DNA of 27,053 nt from Octopus sinensis (GCF_006345805.1 NW_021834070.1:1-27053), one strand, 5' to 3'. Positions 8,947 to 19,488 are shown, counted from the stretch's first letter. Notes: generated from the letters alone by a model not told the origin. Numbers and translations: made by a program.

Positions 8947-9483
8947 TCATTATTCAGTTTGTTTCAAGATTTCTTACCAATAGAGAAAGATCCGGTTTCT
9001 AACCTAGATCCAAGGCTCCTTCATTGGAATTTCAGCAACAGGGTATTTTTGTATGCATGTATGTATGTATGTATGTATTTATGTACGTATATATGCATGT
9101 GCAGATTTGCATATTTTATCTATGCATTCTCATACATATAGTTGCATATCCAGACATGCTCATATATATCTAAATGATAAACTTCTGGAAAGTTTTACAG
9201 ATTTTTATAGTTCTAGTTATGGATTGGATCCATATACCTCCAACTACCTTTCACCTTTCTGGTTTTGAGAAGCCTAATTTCTCAGGATTGGTACTTAGGC
9301 AGTGTGTTACATATCTCAGTGCCCCAATAATTACAGGTATAAACCTGAACTGGATAGAGTAACTGCAGATTTCTCAATATTTCAGAGTAGGTGTTCTCTT
9401 TTTCACTGATCTTCAGCTTTATGTTATCATCCGATGGGCAGATGATTTCCACAACTGTACACAGTTTCTCTTCTCTATCCCAA
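8947..9483 (-). mobile_element. 5'-truncated RLE-type non-LTR retrotransposon (R4/NeSL-like group) ending in (CATA)n
   Basis: Minus translation across one frameshift and one internal stop: WDREEKLCTVVEIICPSDDNIKLKISEKENTYSEILRNLQLLYP/FRFIPVIIGAL..LGFSKPER..IQSITRTIKICKTFQKFII* (stop 9170-9172). It has the RLE pattern (V/I)E(I)xxP..K.xxY..L followed by PVIIGAL. The 3' UTR runs into (CATA)n at 8923-8946. Confidence 0.8.
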
Positions 9484-9522
9484 TTCCATCCTAAAAGTGA
9501 AATGAAGGTACGGTTGATTATT

Positions 9523-9662
9523 AACTGGTACTTTATTTTATGGGCGTCAGAAAGAAGAAAATTTAAGTCGACGTCTGCGAGATTTGAGCGCACGACGAAT
9601 ACAACTACACACAAATATATTTTGGCCGACGCTCTACCAAGACGGCTAATTCGTTGCACAAG
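9523..9662 (-). mobile_element. SINE family A, old degenerate copy
   Basis: AACTGGTACTTTATTTTAT..AAGTCGACGTCTGCGAGATTTGAGC aligns to 694-761. Confidence 0.6.
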
Positions 9663-9867
9663 GCGGAAATCTCCTTTTCCTTCTCGACCTGTTGAAAGTT
9701 GCGGCCTATTCCTGTCGAAATCCCATTTTTAGGCTCTTAAAAGAAAATGAGGAAAGGAACACCGCATTAAGTAATGTAGTGCTTGAAAGGTGGAAGGGTT
9801 GCAGCTGGAAGGTCCTTGGTCATAATGTCTCCCTTGGTCTAGACCTTAAACAATAACTACACATTGA

Positions 9868-9873
9868 TTATAT

Positions 9874-9934
<61 letters not shown>

Positions 9935-10190
9935 CATATATACAAACATACATACGTACATACATATACATACATATACACATACATACATATACATACA
10001 TATATCCATACATATACATACATACATATATATATATATACATACATACATACATACATATACATACATACATACAAAAATACATACATACATACATATA
10101 TACATACATATACATACATATATACATACATATACATACATACATATATATATACATACATACATACACACACAAATATATATGTATTTA
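9868..10190. repeat. (CATA)n/(TA)n compound microsatellite
   Basis: Directly visible. Confidence 0.97.
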
Positions 10191-10429
10191 TCGATTACTT
10201 ATTTGTTGTTTTGTCATCGATATTCTATCGAGTCCCATTGATGGCAGCCTATTGTCCAATCAGTTACAGATCAATAAAGAAGTGGGTGTGAATGGGGAAA
10301 TAATGTCATTTACTTCTGTCTCGAATTTCGAAATAATTAAAACACTAAAAATTAATCAATATCTTCAAATAATCAATACTTGTATCAAATTAGAACGTTT
10401 CAGAGAAAGATATATTTCGAAACAAATGA

Positions 10430-10484
<55 letters not shown>

Positions 10485-10489
10485 TAATA
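10430..10489. repeat. (TAA)n microsatellite / tail of the adjacent minus-strand LINE
   Basis: Directly visible. Confidence 0.95.
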
Positions 10490-10805
10490 TCTTTATTCAC
10501 CACTGAATGTTTATATAAACGATTGGGAACGGCACGGAAGGACACAATACCAAATCAGTGGGATTTAACCATATAAAAAGACAATAAAAATAAAAATTGG
10601 AATAAGTAAATCCCCAAAAGAGGGAGGCTCCAAGGGCTGTTCGTGGAAACCTCACAAAAGCCACGATCGCCCTGACCGCTAGGACAAGTTCCCTCTCCAT
10701 TTCATCAACCCTCGATCTAGAAGCCATGCGTGTTGCATTCACCCACCTTTTAGCAAAATTACTGGGAGGCAGCCCTTCCCTCTCTAACCTCACTTTCCTT
10801 TTCAA
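10490..10805 (-). mobile_element. Probable Tx1/L1-clade LINE 3' end
   Basis: Minus ORF begins LKRKVRLEREGLPPSNFAKRWVN, similar to the RxRxE......FxxxW C-terminus of Tx1/L1 ORF2. AATAAA (10492-10497, minus) lies just before an (ATT)n tail. Confidence 0.55.
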
Positions 10806-10948
10806 ACATAATTTTCTTATGCTTTGTTAAACATTCACTAGTACAACACTAAGTACAAAACCAAATATATGGCACCCTAGGCATAACACCAACATGAACT
10901 TCCAACTTGTTGTCTCTTGAGGTCTCTGGGTGAGACTTGGAGCCAACT
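10803..10948 (+). mobile_element. Dong/R4-like LINE 3' UTR fragment (second copy)
   Basis: Homologous to 12443-12596 (CAAACATAATTTT; ACATTCA.TAGTACAACA; CTAGGCATAACA.CAACATGAACTTCCAAC; TGTTGTCTCTTGAGGTCTCTGGGTGAGACTTGGAGCCAACTT). It is followed by (ACT)/(TAA)n. Confidence 0.9.
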
Positions 10949-10992
10949 TTACTACTACTAATAATAATAATATGATAATAATAATAATAATG

Positions 10993-11023
<31 letters not shown>

Positions 11024-11156
11024 TGATGATGATAATGATGATGATAATAATAATTAATAATAATGATGATGATGATGATGATAATAGTAATAATATAATA
11101 ATAAAAAAAAAAACAAAAAAATGATAATGATGATGATGATAATGAGATGATGATAA

Positions 11157-11196
<40 letters not shown>

Positions 11197-11216
11197 TAAT
11201 ATTATAATAATAATAA
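10949..11216. repeat. (TAA)n/(TGA)n compound microsatellite
   Basis: Directly visible. Confidence 0.95.
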
Positions 11217-12626
11217 GCGATCATGCATTAGCTATACCAGTCGTGACTTACAGTTTCAATATTGTTAACTGGTCAATTACTGAAATATGTCAGCTCGACA
11301 GAAAAATAAGGAAACTGTTGACAGTGCATAGAATGCACCACCCTAAGGCAGATACAGAACGACTCTATCTGCCAAGAAAAGAGGGAGGCCGTGATCTTTT
11401 GCAACTGGCAATAACAATGAAGATTGCTACAATTGGCCTAGACACCTACCTGAAAAACTCTGAGGACTGGATGTTAAAACTTGTCTCAAAACATGAAAAC
11501 AAGAAAGCATCATACTCAGTCACAAAACAGGCAAAGGAATATCTAAGTGAATTCCGAATACAACCAATTTCGGAATTAGAGATAGATATACAAGAAACAA
11601 GCACAGAAAAAGCTAGACGCATGAAAACCCGTGCCAAAACTGCGGCCTTAGATATTCTGAATAATAAATGGCAAGAAAAACCTCTCTATGGCAAATACCC
11701 AAAGAGAGCGAATAATGCAGATATCGACAAAGCCCTGACCCATCAATGGCTAATGCCTCTGGCTTAAAATCTGAAACAGAGGGTTTATCATAGCAGCTCA
11801 AGATCAATGCCTACCAACAAGAAACTACCAGGCCAACATATTAAAGATCAGAAGCAGTCCAACGTGTCGTGTATGCAAGCAAAACAAATGAAACCATTGA
11901 CCATGTGGTCTCCAGTGCAGTCTTCTAGCGCCTACAGAGTATCTCAACAGGCACGATAGAGCTGCATAATATATTCACTGGGTAATCTGTAAAAACCTGG
12001 ATTTGCCCCATGAAAAAAACTGGTAGGAAACACAACCACCCCCAGTGCTTGAAAATGACCACATCTCACCCTCTGGAACTTCACCGTTCAAACTGACAGG
12101 AAGATTGATGCAAAAATGCCAACATCATATTGAAAGACTTCAAACAAAGAACATGCCTCCTCATTGATATGACTGTCCCAATCGATATAAACGTATCTGT
12201 CAAGACCTACCAAAAACTGAGCAATATAAAGATCTTGAAAGAAAATCAGCAAAATGTGGAAGCTGAAGACTAAAACAATACCTGTTGTCATAGGTGCCCT
12301 GGGAATGATAGCAAAAGGGGCTGATAGCTACCTAACTCAGATACTAGGAAACCCAAAAATGGCAGAAGTTCAAAAGATAGTGCTCATGGGAACTGCTCAT
12401 ATCCTACGCAAAATACTCTCTATGTAATCTCAAGGTTTAAAACAAACATAATTTTCCGGTTTAAAAAAAAAAAAAAAAAAAACTTTTTTTTTTTAGACAT
12501 TCATTAGTACAACATCCCCACACTAGGCATAACAACAACATGAACTTCCAACCCTGTTGTCTCTTGAGGTCTCTGGGTGAGACTTGGAGCCAACTTGTAC
12601 AAATATAAAGCAAAAGTCAAACATAG
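11217..12626 (+). mobile_element. Dong/R4-clade RLE LINE, 5'-truncated, disrupted ORF (11217-12427) plus 3' UTR, inserted in (TAA)n
   Basis: ORF 11243..11767 has LDRKIRKLLT..MHHPKADTERLYLPRKEGGR. Downstream, across frameshifts and stops: GLKSETEGFIIAAQDQCLPTRNY, the CCHC knuckle CRVC..ETIDHVVS.C (~11865-11918), RHD (11949-11957), the RLE PxI..IDMTVPID..KL..YKDL, PVVIGALG and GTAHILRKILSM* (stop 12425-12427). (TAA)n lies on both sides. Confidence 0.93.
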
Positions 12627-12653
12627 AATAATAATAATAATAATAATAATAAT

Positions 12654-12980
12654 CAGGCAGTGGCTCTCATGGCTTCTGATCTTAACTGATTGGAAGTGTT
12701 ATCATGTACATTGTTTTGTCTTGGTATAAAAAGATGGGCTACAGCAAATATTCTGCTCAGTGCCACAGATTTACGTGTTAGCTGCTTGACCGTAACCAGT
12801 TGAGCATGTCCCTTGGTGGTTGATGATATGTGCATTTCTGACCACGAGCAGAAGCAGTGGGAGAGCATCATAGCCATGTGCTGAAAAGAATAGATAGCAT
12901 GGTACTGTAGACTACAGGCAGCAAGCCCGCTACGCATGCAAGATTCCAGGAGCTCAACAAAAAAAAGCTATGATAAAAAG
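12654..12980. mobile_element. Unclassified interspersed repeat fragment inside the (TAA)n tract
   Basis: A complex sequence bounded on both sides by (TAA)n. 12654-12890 resembles a TAA-associated octopus repeat as I recall it. No coding motif recognised. Confidence 0.4.
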
Positions 12981-12981
12981 A

Positions 12982-13033
<52 letters not shown>

Positions 13034-13121
13034 TAATAAAATAATAATAATAAGCTGCCCTAGGTGTATGGAAAACACTCGGCGAGAAACGGAAGAAAAT
13101 TTGAAGAAAGAAGGAAAAAAC

Positions 13122-13193
<72 letters not shown>

Positions 13194-13237
13194 GTCATGA
13201 CAATGATGATGATGACATTAGCACGAGGCCTTCATTT

Positions 13238-13271
<34 letters not shown>

Positions 13272-13335
13272 TAATAATAGCAACAACAGCAACAACAATA
13301 ATAATATATTGATAATAATAATAATATAAATAATA
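12981..13335. repeat. (TAA)n tract with short non-repetitive inserts (13053-13121, ~13219-13238)
   Basis: Directly visible. Confidence 0.9.
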
Positions 13336-13731
13336 AATGTATATCCATTTCACTTATTAATTATGGTTATTATGAAATCTCTGTCAGTTAAAAAAAATAT
13401 ATTACAATAGAGGCTGGCGAAGAAATGGCAGTAATCATATTTGAAGAAAATCAATAATGTTCGCATAAATATCTGTATTTTTCTTTTATTGTTTCCACCA
13501 AGGGGTTTTTTCGGCCGTGGTAGTGGTGGTGGTGGTGGTGAAGATGGTGGTAGAGAGCTAAAAAGAAAAAACGGTAGAGGAAGAAGACGAATATGAAGTA
13601 AGACAATTACTTGCGACTGGCGTGAAGTGACCTGTTGAGAAATATTGTTGTTAACGACCATACTGATCGGTAAGGTGGCATCGATGCAAATATCAGATCA
13701 ATTTACAAATATCGATTACTATTGCCAATTA

Positions 13732-13822
13732 TTTCTTTTATCCTTTTGCGTGTTTCGATCAACGGATGGCGGCTATAAAGGGGGCAGAGCCCTCGAGGGA
13801 TTTTAGTCATCTTATATCAACC
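13732..13822 (-). mobile_element. Degenerate SINE family B tail
   Basis: TTTTATCCTTTTGCGTGTTTCGATCAACGGATGGCGGCTATAAAGGGGGCA..TTTTAGTC aligns loosely to 21611-21690. Confidence 0.45.
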
Positions 13823-14025
13823 GCAGTACTGAGGGTACCTTGTTAATTAGTGAGGGCGACTGGAGGGGCCAACAAGAAGTTCTAAACTGTATGTAGGAGA
13901 GATATGTTGCTTCGGTAAAATGAGCTTTTATCACAAGGTCATATGTGTATATTAACGTCTCCCAAAGGACTCCTGTTCGATCAGTCACATAGTTTTCTTC
14001 AGATGACCTTCGAACGGCAACGAAC

Positions 14026-14112
14026 GGACACTGAAGAAGCTGCAACGACAATCAGCAGTAAGATGCACACTTAACAGTGTGCAGCGGTTGCAGTGGAAAC
14101 GTGCGTAGGTCC
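14026..14112 (+). ncRNA. Type I hammerhead ribozyme-like motif with extended stem II (Penelope-like context)
   Basis: GGAC-A-CTGAAGA-A-GCTGCAAC..GTTGCAGT-G-GAAA-CGTGC-GTA-G-GTCC. Stem I GGAC/GTCC, 8-bp stem II, and nested hairpin TGCACACT-taac-AGTGTGCA (14064-14083). Confidence 0.65.
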
Positions 14113-14250
14113 AAGCGAAGAACGATATATAAATAACTGTATGATAAAATATGTATGTGCAAATCTCTGTTCTCTTTTACAACCTAAAGGCAGAGATATA
14201 TACGTCACCAAAGTGAATAAGGGCACTATTCAGCACCAATGTTGCCTGCA

Positions 14251-14267
14251 ATCTATCTATCTATCTA

Positions 14268-14325
<58 letters not shown>

Positions 14326-14348
14326 ACATATATGAAATGTATGGATAT

Positions 14349-14391
<43 letters not shown>

Positions 14392-14543
14392 CATACACAT
14401 ACATACATGCATATATATATATTACACATACATACACATACATACATGCATATATGTGTGTGTGTGTATGTGTGTATGTATATATATATATGTGTGTGTG
14501 TGTGTGTGCATATTATATATATATATAATATATATATATATAT

Positions 14544-14587
<44 letters not shown>

Positions 14588-14614
14588 TAGATAGATTTAG
14601 ATAGATAGATAGAT

Positions 14615-14653
<39 letters not shown>

Positions 14654-14709
14654 TGTATATATATATATAATCTATATATTATATATATATATATATATAT
14701 ATTATATAT
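14251..14709. repeat. Compound (TCTA)n/(TA)n/(TG)n/(GA)n/(GATA)n microsatellite
   Basis: Directly visible. Confidence 0.97.
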
Positions 14710-14879
14710 CGGGAAGGTGCGTGTGAGTACGGTTATCGGTGTGGATAGTCACGATCGCTAGATAACAGAGTATCAAAGAATGGAGTTAGAAAATTGCTTT
14801 TATTGCTTACTTTTACTATTGCAAAATAGATTTCCATTAAGCCAATCTTTAGTCAAACCTTTGCAAAGTCGACAACCAC

Positions 14880-16325
14880 AAGTTTATGTCCATGGACTGT
14901 GCAGTCTTTCCGTAACGAAATCAAATCGTCTGAATGCAGTTGAAATCAATAAAACTGATTATTTTTTTAATATCGGTCAAAAGAGTATCTACCATTAAAG
15001 CGAGTCTAATTAAGCGGTTATAAGTAAATGCTTTGGTCTTCTACTGACCCTGAACCGTAGCTCCCCGAAGGAGACGCGTAGTTGAAAGACATGCGAAAAA
15101 TATATTTGAACTCCGTTTAGGATTTCCTGTAGAATCCGTAACCTCTGTTCAGGTCTACACATCATCAACCGTGGGATGCTGAATTCAACGTTCAGAGGAT
15201 GTTGACAGCAGATTGACTACTTAACCAGTGAAAGTGGTTCCTTTCTCTAGAAGTGGATGAGTAAATGTTCCAAACTTCAGATGAGAACTACAGCAAGGCA
15301 CAACCTTCCGAGGATACCTGTCAGCACATTTCTGGTTTTGTGTTTGTAACTTCCCCGCTCCAATCCACCTGGAGCTCTTGACTGAACCGGATCTAAAACC
15401 ATGTAAGAGGATCACTTGCCTAGCATGCAATGATTCTATTTGATAATATAGTATTGCCTGTCCAGGTGCTGAGCAGCGTGTCCACCAACTTATGGATAAT
15501 TATTGTTCTTGTCAAATTCTCTTAATCTTTCAGAATGGTTTCGATTACTACCATTTCTGCGGTGACAGACATCATTACTCTGATGTTGTCTACTAGAGCC
15601 AATATAAACCATTTCGTACGGTATTACTGGTCAACAACTTTACTATCCATAATAGTGTGTCCTAAGTCAATATATATAGAAGAGGTGAGCAAGAAGACTA
15701 TTAGCGGACAGAGGGCGGTATTTGACATGGTTCCGATAAATAACCGTAAGTTCTGACCACTGAACAAATGCCGCCGTGCATTCACGGAATGCGCTCTCTG
15801 AAGACAAGACTCAAATACCTGCTTTTTGCGCATTTGTAGCGTAAATATACTTTTCCCGAGTTTTTAAACGATAGAACGTGATCCCCATTGAATCCTGGTT
15901 TACTACATACCGTCTTTAGGTTTCATGGAATGAGGTAGAAGTTGTTGTGAAAGAATCTAGTCGCGATAGCGGAATCTCCGATTTCACAAACCTGCGCATC
16001 TCGCACGCTAGCCGAGATCTTAAACTCTGCACTTAGCACAGTTATAGAGCAGAAATTATTTATTACTTCACTGTTGCTAGCTTCTTTCATGGAGAGCATG
16101 TAAACGAGTAATACACTACAACTATCAAAGTGTATATTAATGGAAAGAAGCGAACTCGAGATTAAAAATCGACACACATCTTGCTAAGTCAACCTATGCG
16201 GCACATAAGTTGTGATGCAACTGTTTGCATAGCATCTCACCAGCGAGACACCGATGCAGGATGGGTCGAAACGGCCGTAGGGAATAATACAGAATCCCAT
16301 GAATTCCATTTTCTCTAGTATTGTA
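14880..16325 (+). mobile_element. Possible ancient Penelope-like element (RT, GIY-YIG, 3' hammerhead remnant)
   Basis: Very decayed motifs in the expected order: FMSMD..SL (~14883), FR.VD (~15191-15206), LPFL (15548-15559) and YKP, WNEVEVVVKE (15926-15955), then GTC-GAAA-CGGCCG-TA-GGGA (16265-16283) ending at (TA)n. Spacings require indels and each motif alone is weak. Confidence 0.35.
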
Positions 16326-16340
16326 TATATATATATATAT

Positions 16341-16759
16341 ATATGTAAACAAAGATAAATGCGATACAATAAAATTAATTATAATCGCCGGTACCAGTAC
16401 ACGCCATATATTATACATATATCATTACATTCAAGGCGAAGAGTGCACTAGACCAATAGCTGGATAAATTTAGTGAGATGAAATTTAAAAACTTTTACAA
16501 ACTTAACTTTTCTTATACTGCAGTTTCGCCAAATTCAGTAATAAAAATAGTATTTATTACTCAGGCTGGCTCTTCAGTAAGATTCCTGTTAATGATGGGA
16601 AGACCTATCAATAGACCCATGTGCGTCTATCGAAATGCTCTTTCTAAAACTATTCAAAACACTGCGCAGACTCAGACAAACCCGACAAAATAGGGGATTG
16701 TGGTATATCGTCTAACGGTCAGAAATTTATCGAAGAGAATATGTAAACAAAGATAAATG
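16341..16759 (-). mobile_element. Penelope-like/retrozyme-like non-autonomous element bounded by 21-bp direct repeats
   Basis: ATATGTAAACAAAGATAAATG occurs exactly at 16341-16361 and 16739-16759. The element contains the intact hammerhead at 16511-16582 and is flanked by microsatellites. Confidence 0.65.
16511..16582 (-). ncRNA. Type I hammerhead ribozyme with canonical core (minimal/dimeric type)
   Basis: Minus strand: TCTTA-CTGAAGA-GCCA..TGGC-GAAA-CTGCAG-TA-TAAGA. It has a 5-bp stem I, a CUGANGA box, G10.1-C11.1, a GAAA box, palindromic stem III ACTGCAGT and a GUA cleavage triplet (cut between 16516 and 16515). Confidence 0.85.
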
Positions 16760-16887
16760 TATATATGTGTGTATGTGTGTGTGGTGTGTGTGTGTGTGGT
16801 GCGTGTGTACAGACATACATATTTTTGTTTATGCGCTCATGTTCATAAGGATTTACACAATCATAGGTTTACATATAATTGTATATG

Positions 16888-16968
<81 letters not shown>

Positions 16969-17098
16969 TATACATACATATATATATATACATACATATA
17001 CGATGCATACACGTATAAATATAATTTTATCTCCCCCCTCTCTCTCTCACAGTCTTTCTGTATATATTTATAACATATATATGTATATATGTTTATAC

Positions 17099-17146
<48 letters not shown>

Positions 17147-17290
17147 CTACATATAGATCCATATATATACATGCATCAACATATTCTCTCTCTATCTATA
17201 TATATATATGTGTGTGTGTATGTATGTATATATTTGTATGTATATAAATATATACATACATACTACATACTCACACACACACACACATGC
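16760..17290. repeat. Compound (TG)/(TA)/(CA)/(TC) microsatellite region
   Basis: Directly visible. Confidence 0.93.
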
Positions 17291-17741
17291 TCACAACGTA
17301 ATAGTGTTTGCGTGTATCCCTGTAATCTCAGACATTATCTGTGTTATTCTTAATCAGTGGCAATGCATACAAATCAGCCATTATAAACCCCTTGTTTTAT
17401 CATTGAAATTCTATTTAAAAGCTTCTTTTACCAAAGTCAATATTATAGTTTTTTCTGTGTGTTTACGCCTTGTTTTTTCTTTACTTTTTGCTTTTCTTTT
17501 CTGGTTTATTTGTCATACATTTCGCGAGGTTTTGATACCAATCATCGTTTATGTTTGAAATTTTCAGATATTTTTTAAACATTTTTATACTGTTCCCGTT
17601 TAGGATTTTAGTCCTTAATTTAAAATATTCCTCTGTTTTATTCAATTATTTAATTCTTCTTTGTTTGTATTTATTTTCTTTATTAACATCGTGTGAATGA
17701 GTAACATTAACCTTACGTTAATGATTAGAGTAAAGGCACAA

Positions 17742-17752
17742 CATATACATAC

Positions 17753-17798
<46 letters not shown>

Positions 17799-18856
17799 AT
17801 ATATATATATATACATATACGTATATATGTATATATACATACATATACATATATACATATATATACATCTATTTATATACGTATACATATATATAATATA
17901 CATACATACATATGTACATACTATACATCATTACATAATATATATACACGTATCTATATGTACACATCTATATACATATATACATATGCGAATGTATGTA
18001 TATATATATATATGGGTGTCATGTACATACGTGTGTGTATATATATATATATATTATATATATTATATATATATTATATATATATATGAAAATATACATC
18101 GTATACACGCACATGTATATATGTATGTATGTACGTATGCGTGTGTGTATGCGTGTATACACGTACTTATATATCTGTGTATACATCTAAGCATCTCTAT
18201 AGATTTGTATGCATATACATGTGTGTGTATGAATGTTTTGATATATGTATATATGCATACACAGACACATACATATATACATCATATATAGTTGTTTGTG
18301 TGTATGTTTATGTGCTTCTATGTGTGTGCGCGTGTGTGCATGTTCGTGTGTGTGTGTGTGCGTGCGTGTTTCCAATTACATTCTTGCAAAACCAAACCGT
18401 GAGTAGACAAGGCACATTTCTGTTCGAAACATTGTAGGATCACACACACACACACACACACACACAGATATATATATATATATATATAATATATATGTAC
18501 ATACATTTATGCATATGTGTTTGTGTGTCTGGTTCTATGTGTATACGTACATGTTTTTATAGACGCGTGATTCGTGAGTATTTAAGGTGAACACCACAAA
18601 ATAATGTATTGAGCACTTTTATCGTTTTTATGAGAATATATGTATATATATATATATATGATATATATATATATAATATATATATTAATAATATATATAT
18701 GCATAAACATACATGTATACACACACATATATATATATATATATAAATATATTATATGTACATATGTATAAAATATACATACATATACATATATCTATAT
18801 AAATATACGTATATATATATGTATGAGTATATATAATAATACATATATATAATATG

Positions 18857-18888
<32 letters not shown>

Positions 18889-18889
18889 C

Positions 18890-18926
<37 letters not shown>

Positions 18927-19090
18927 AGATATATATATATATACAGATATATCTCCAGTTACATATCTATACATAATATATAATATATATATATATACTA
19001 TATATATTATATATATATATTATGATTCTTGTTTATATTACGGTGCATGTGTTTATATATATATATATACATATATGTATGTGTTTATGT
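17742..19090. repeat. Extended degenerate (TA)n/(CATA)n/(TG)n low-complexity region
   Basis: Directly visible, with short complex interruptions (~18370-18440, ~18555-18635). Confidence 0.92.
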
Positions 19091-19347
19091 AAGCTAATAC
19101 ATATTCAGATAAGCGCATATACATGAAGTACGTTAGCTAGAAGTAAGAGCGCGTCGTAACTAGTTTTGTCAAAATAAAATTGTTTTAAGTTAAGGAGAAA
19201 AATGGCGGTTGTCTTGATTGAATTAAACAACTTTTTAACACAAACACAAATATTTTAAATAAGCAGAGAATGACTTTGTTGTTTATTCATCAGTGTGAAT
19301 GGATATGCTGGCTTTCCAGTGTTGTGTGTCAGTGGTATAATGCATAG

Positions 19348-19379
<32 letters not shown>

Positions 19380-19488
19380 TGTATGTATGTATGTATGTAT
19401 GTATGTATGCATGTATGTATGTGTGTATGTCAGCATATATGCGTGTGTATATATGCATGTATACATATATGTTTTCTGTGCTTTTTAA

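Noticed and set aside
15045-15085. CTGAACC..CTCC-ccgaa-GGAG-ACGCGTA as a hammerhead
   Set aside because: Both core boxes are non-canonical and the spacing is wrong.
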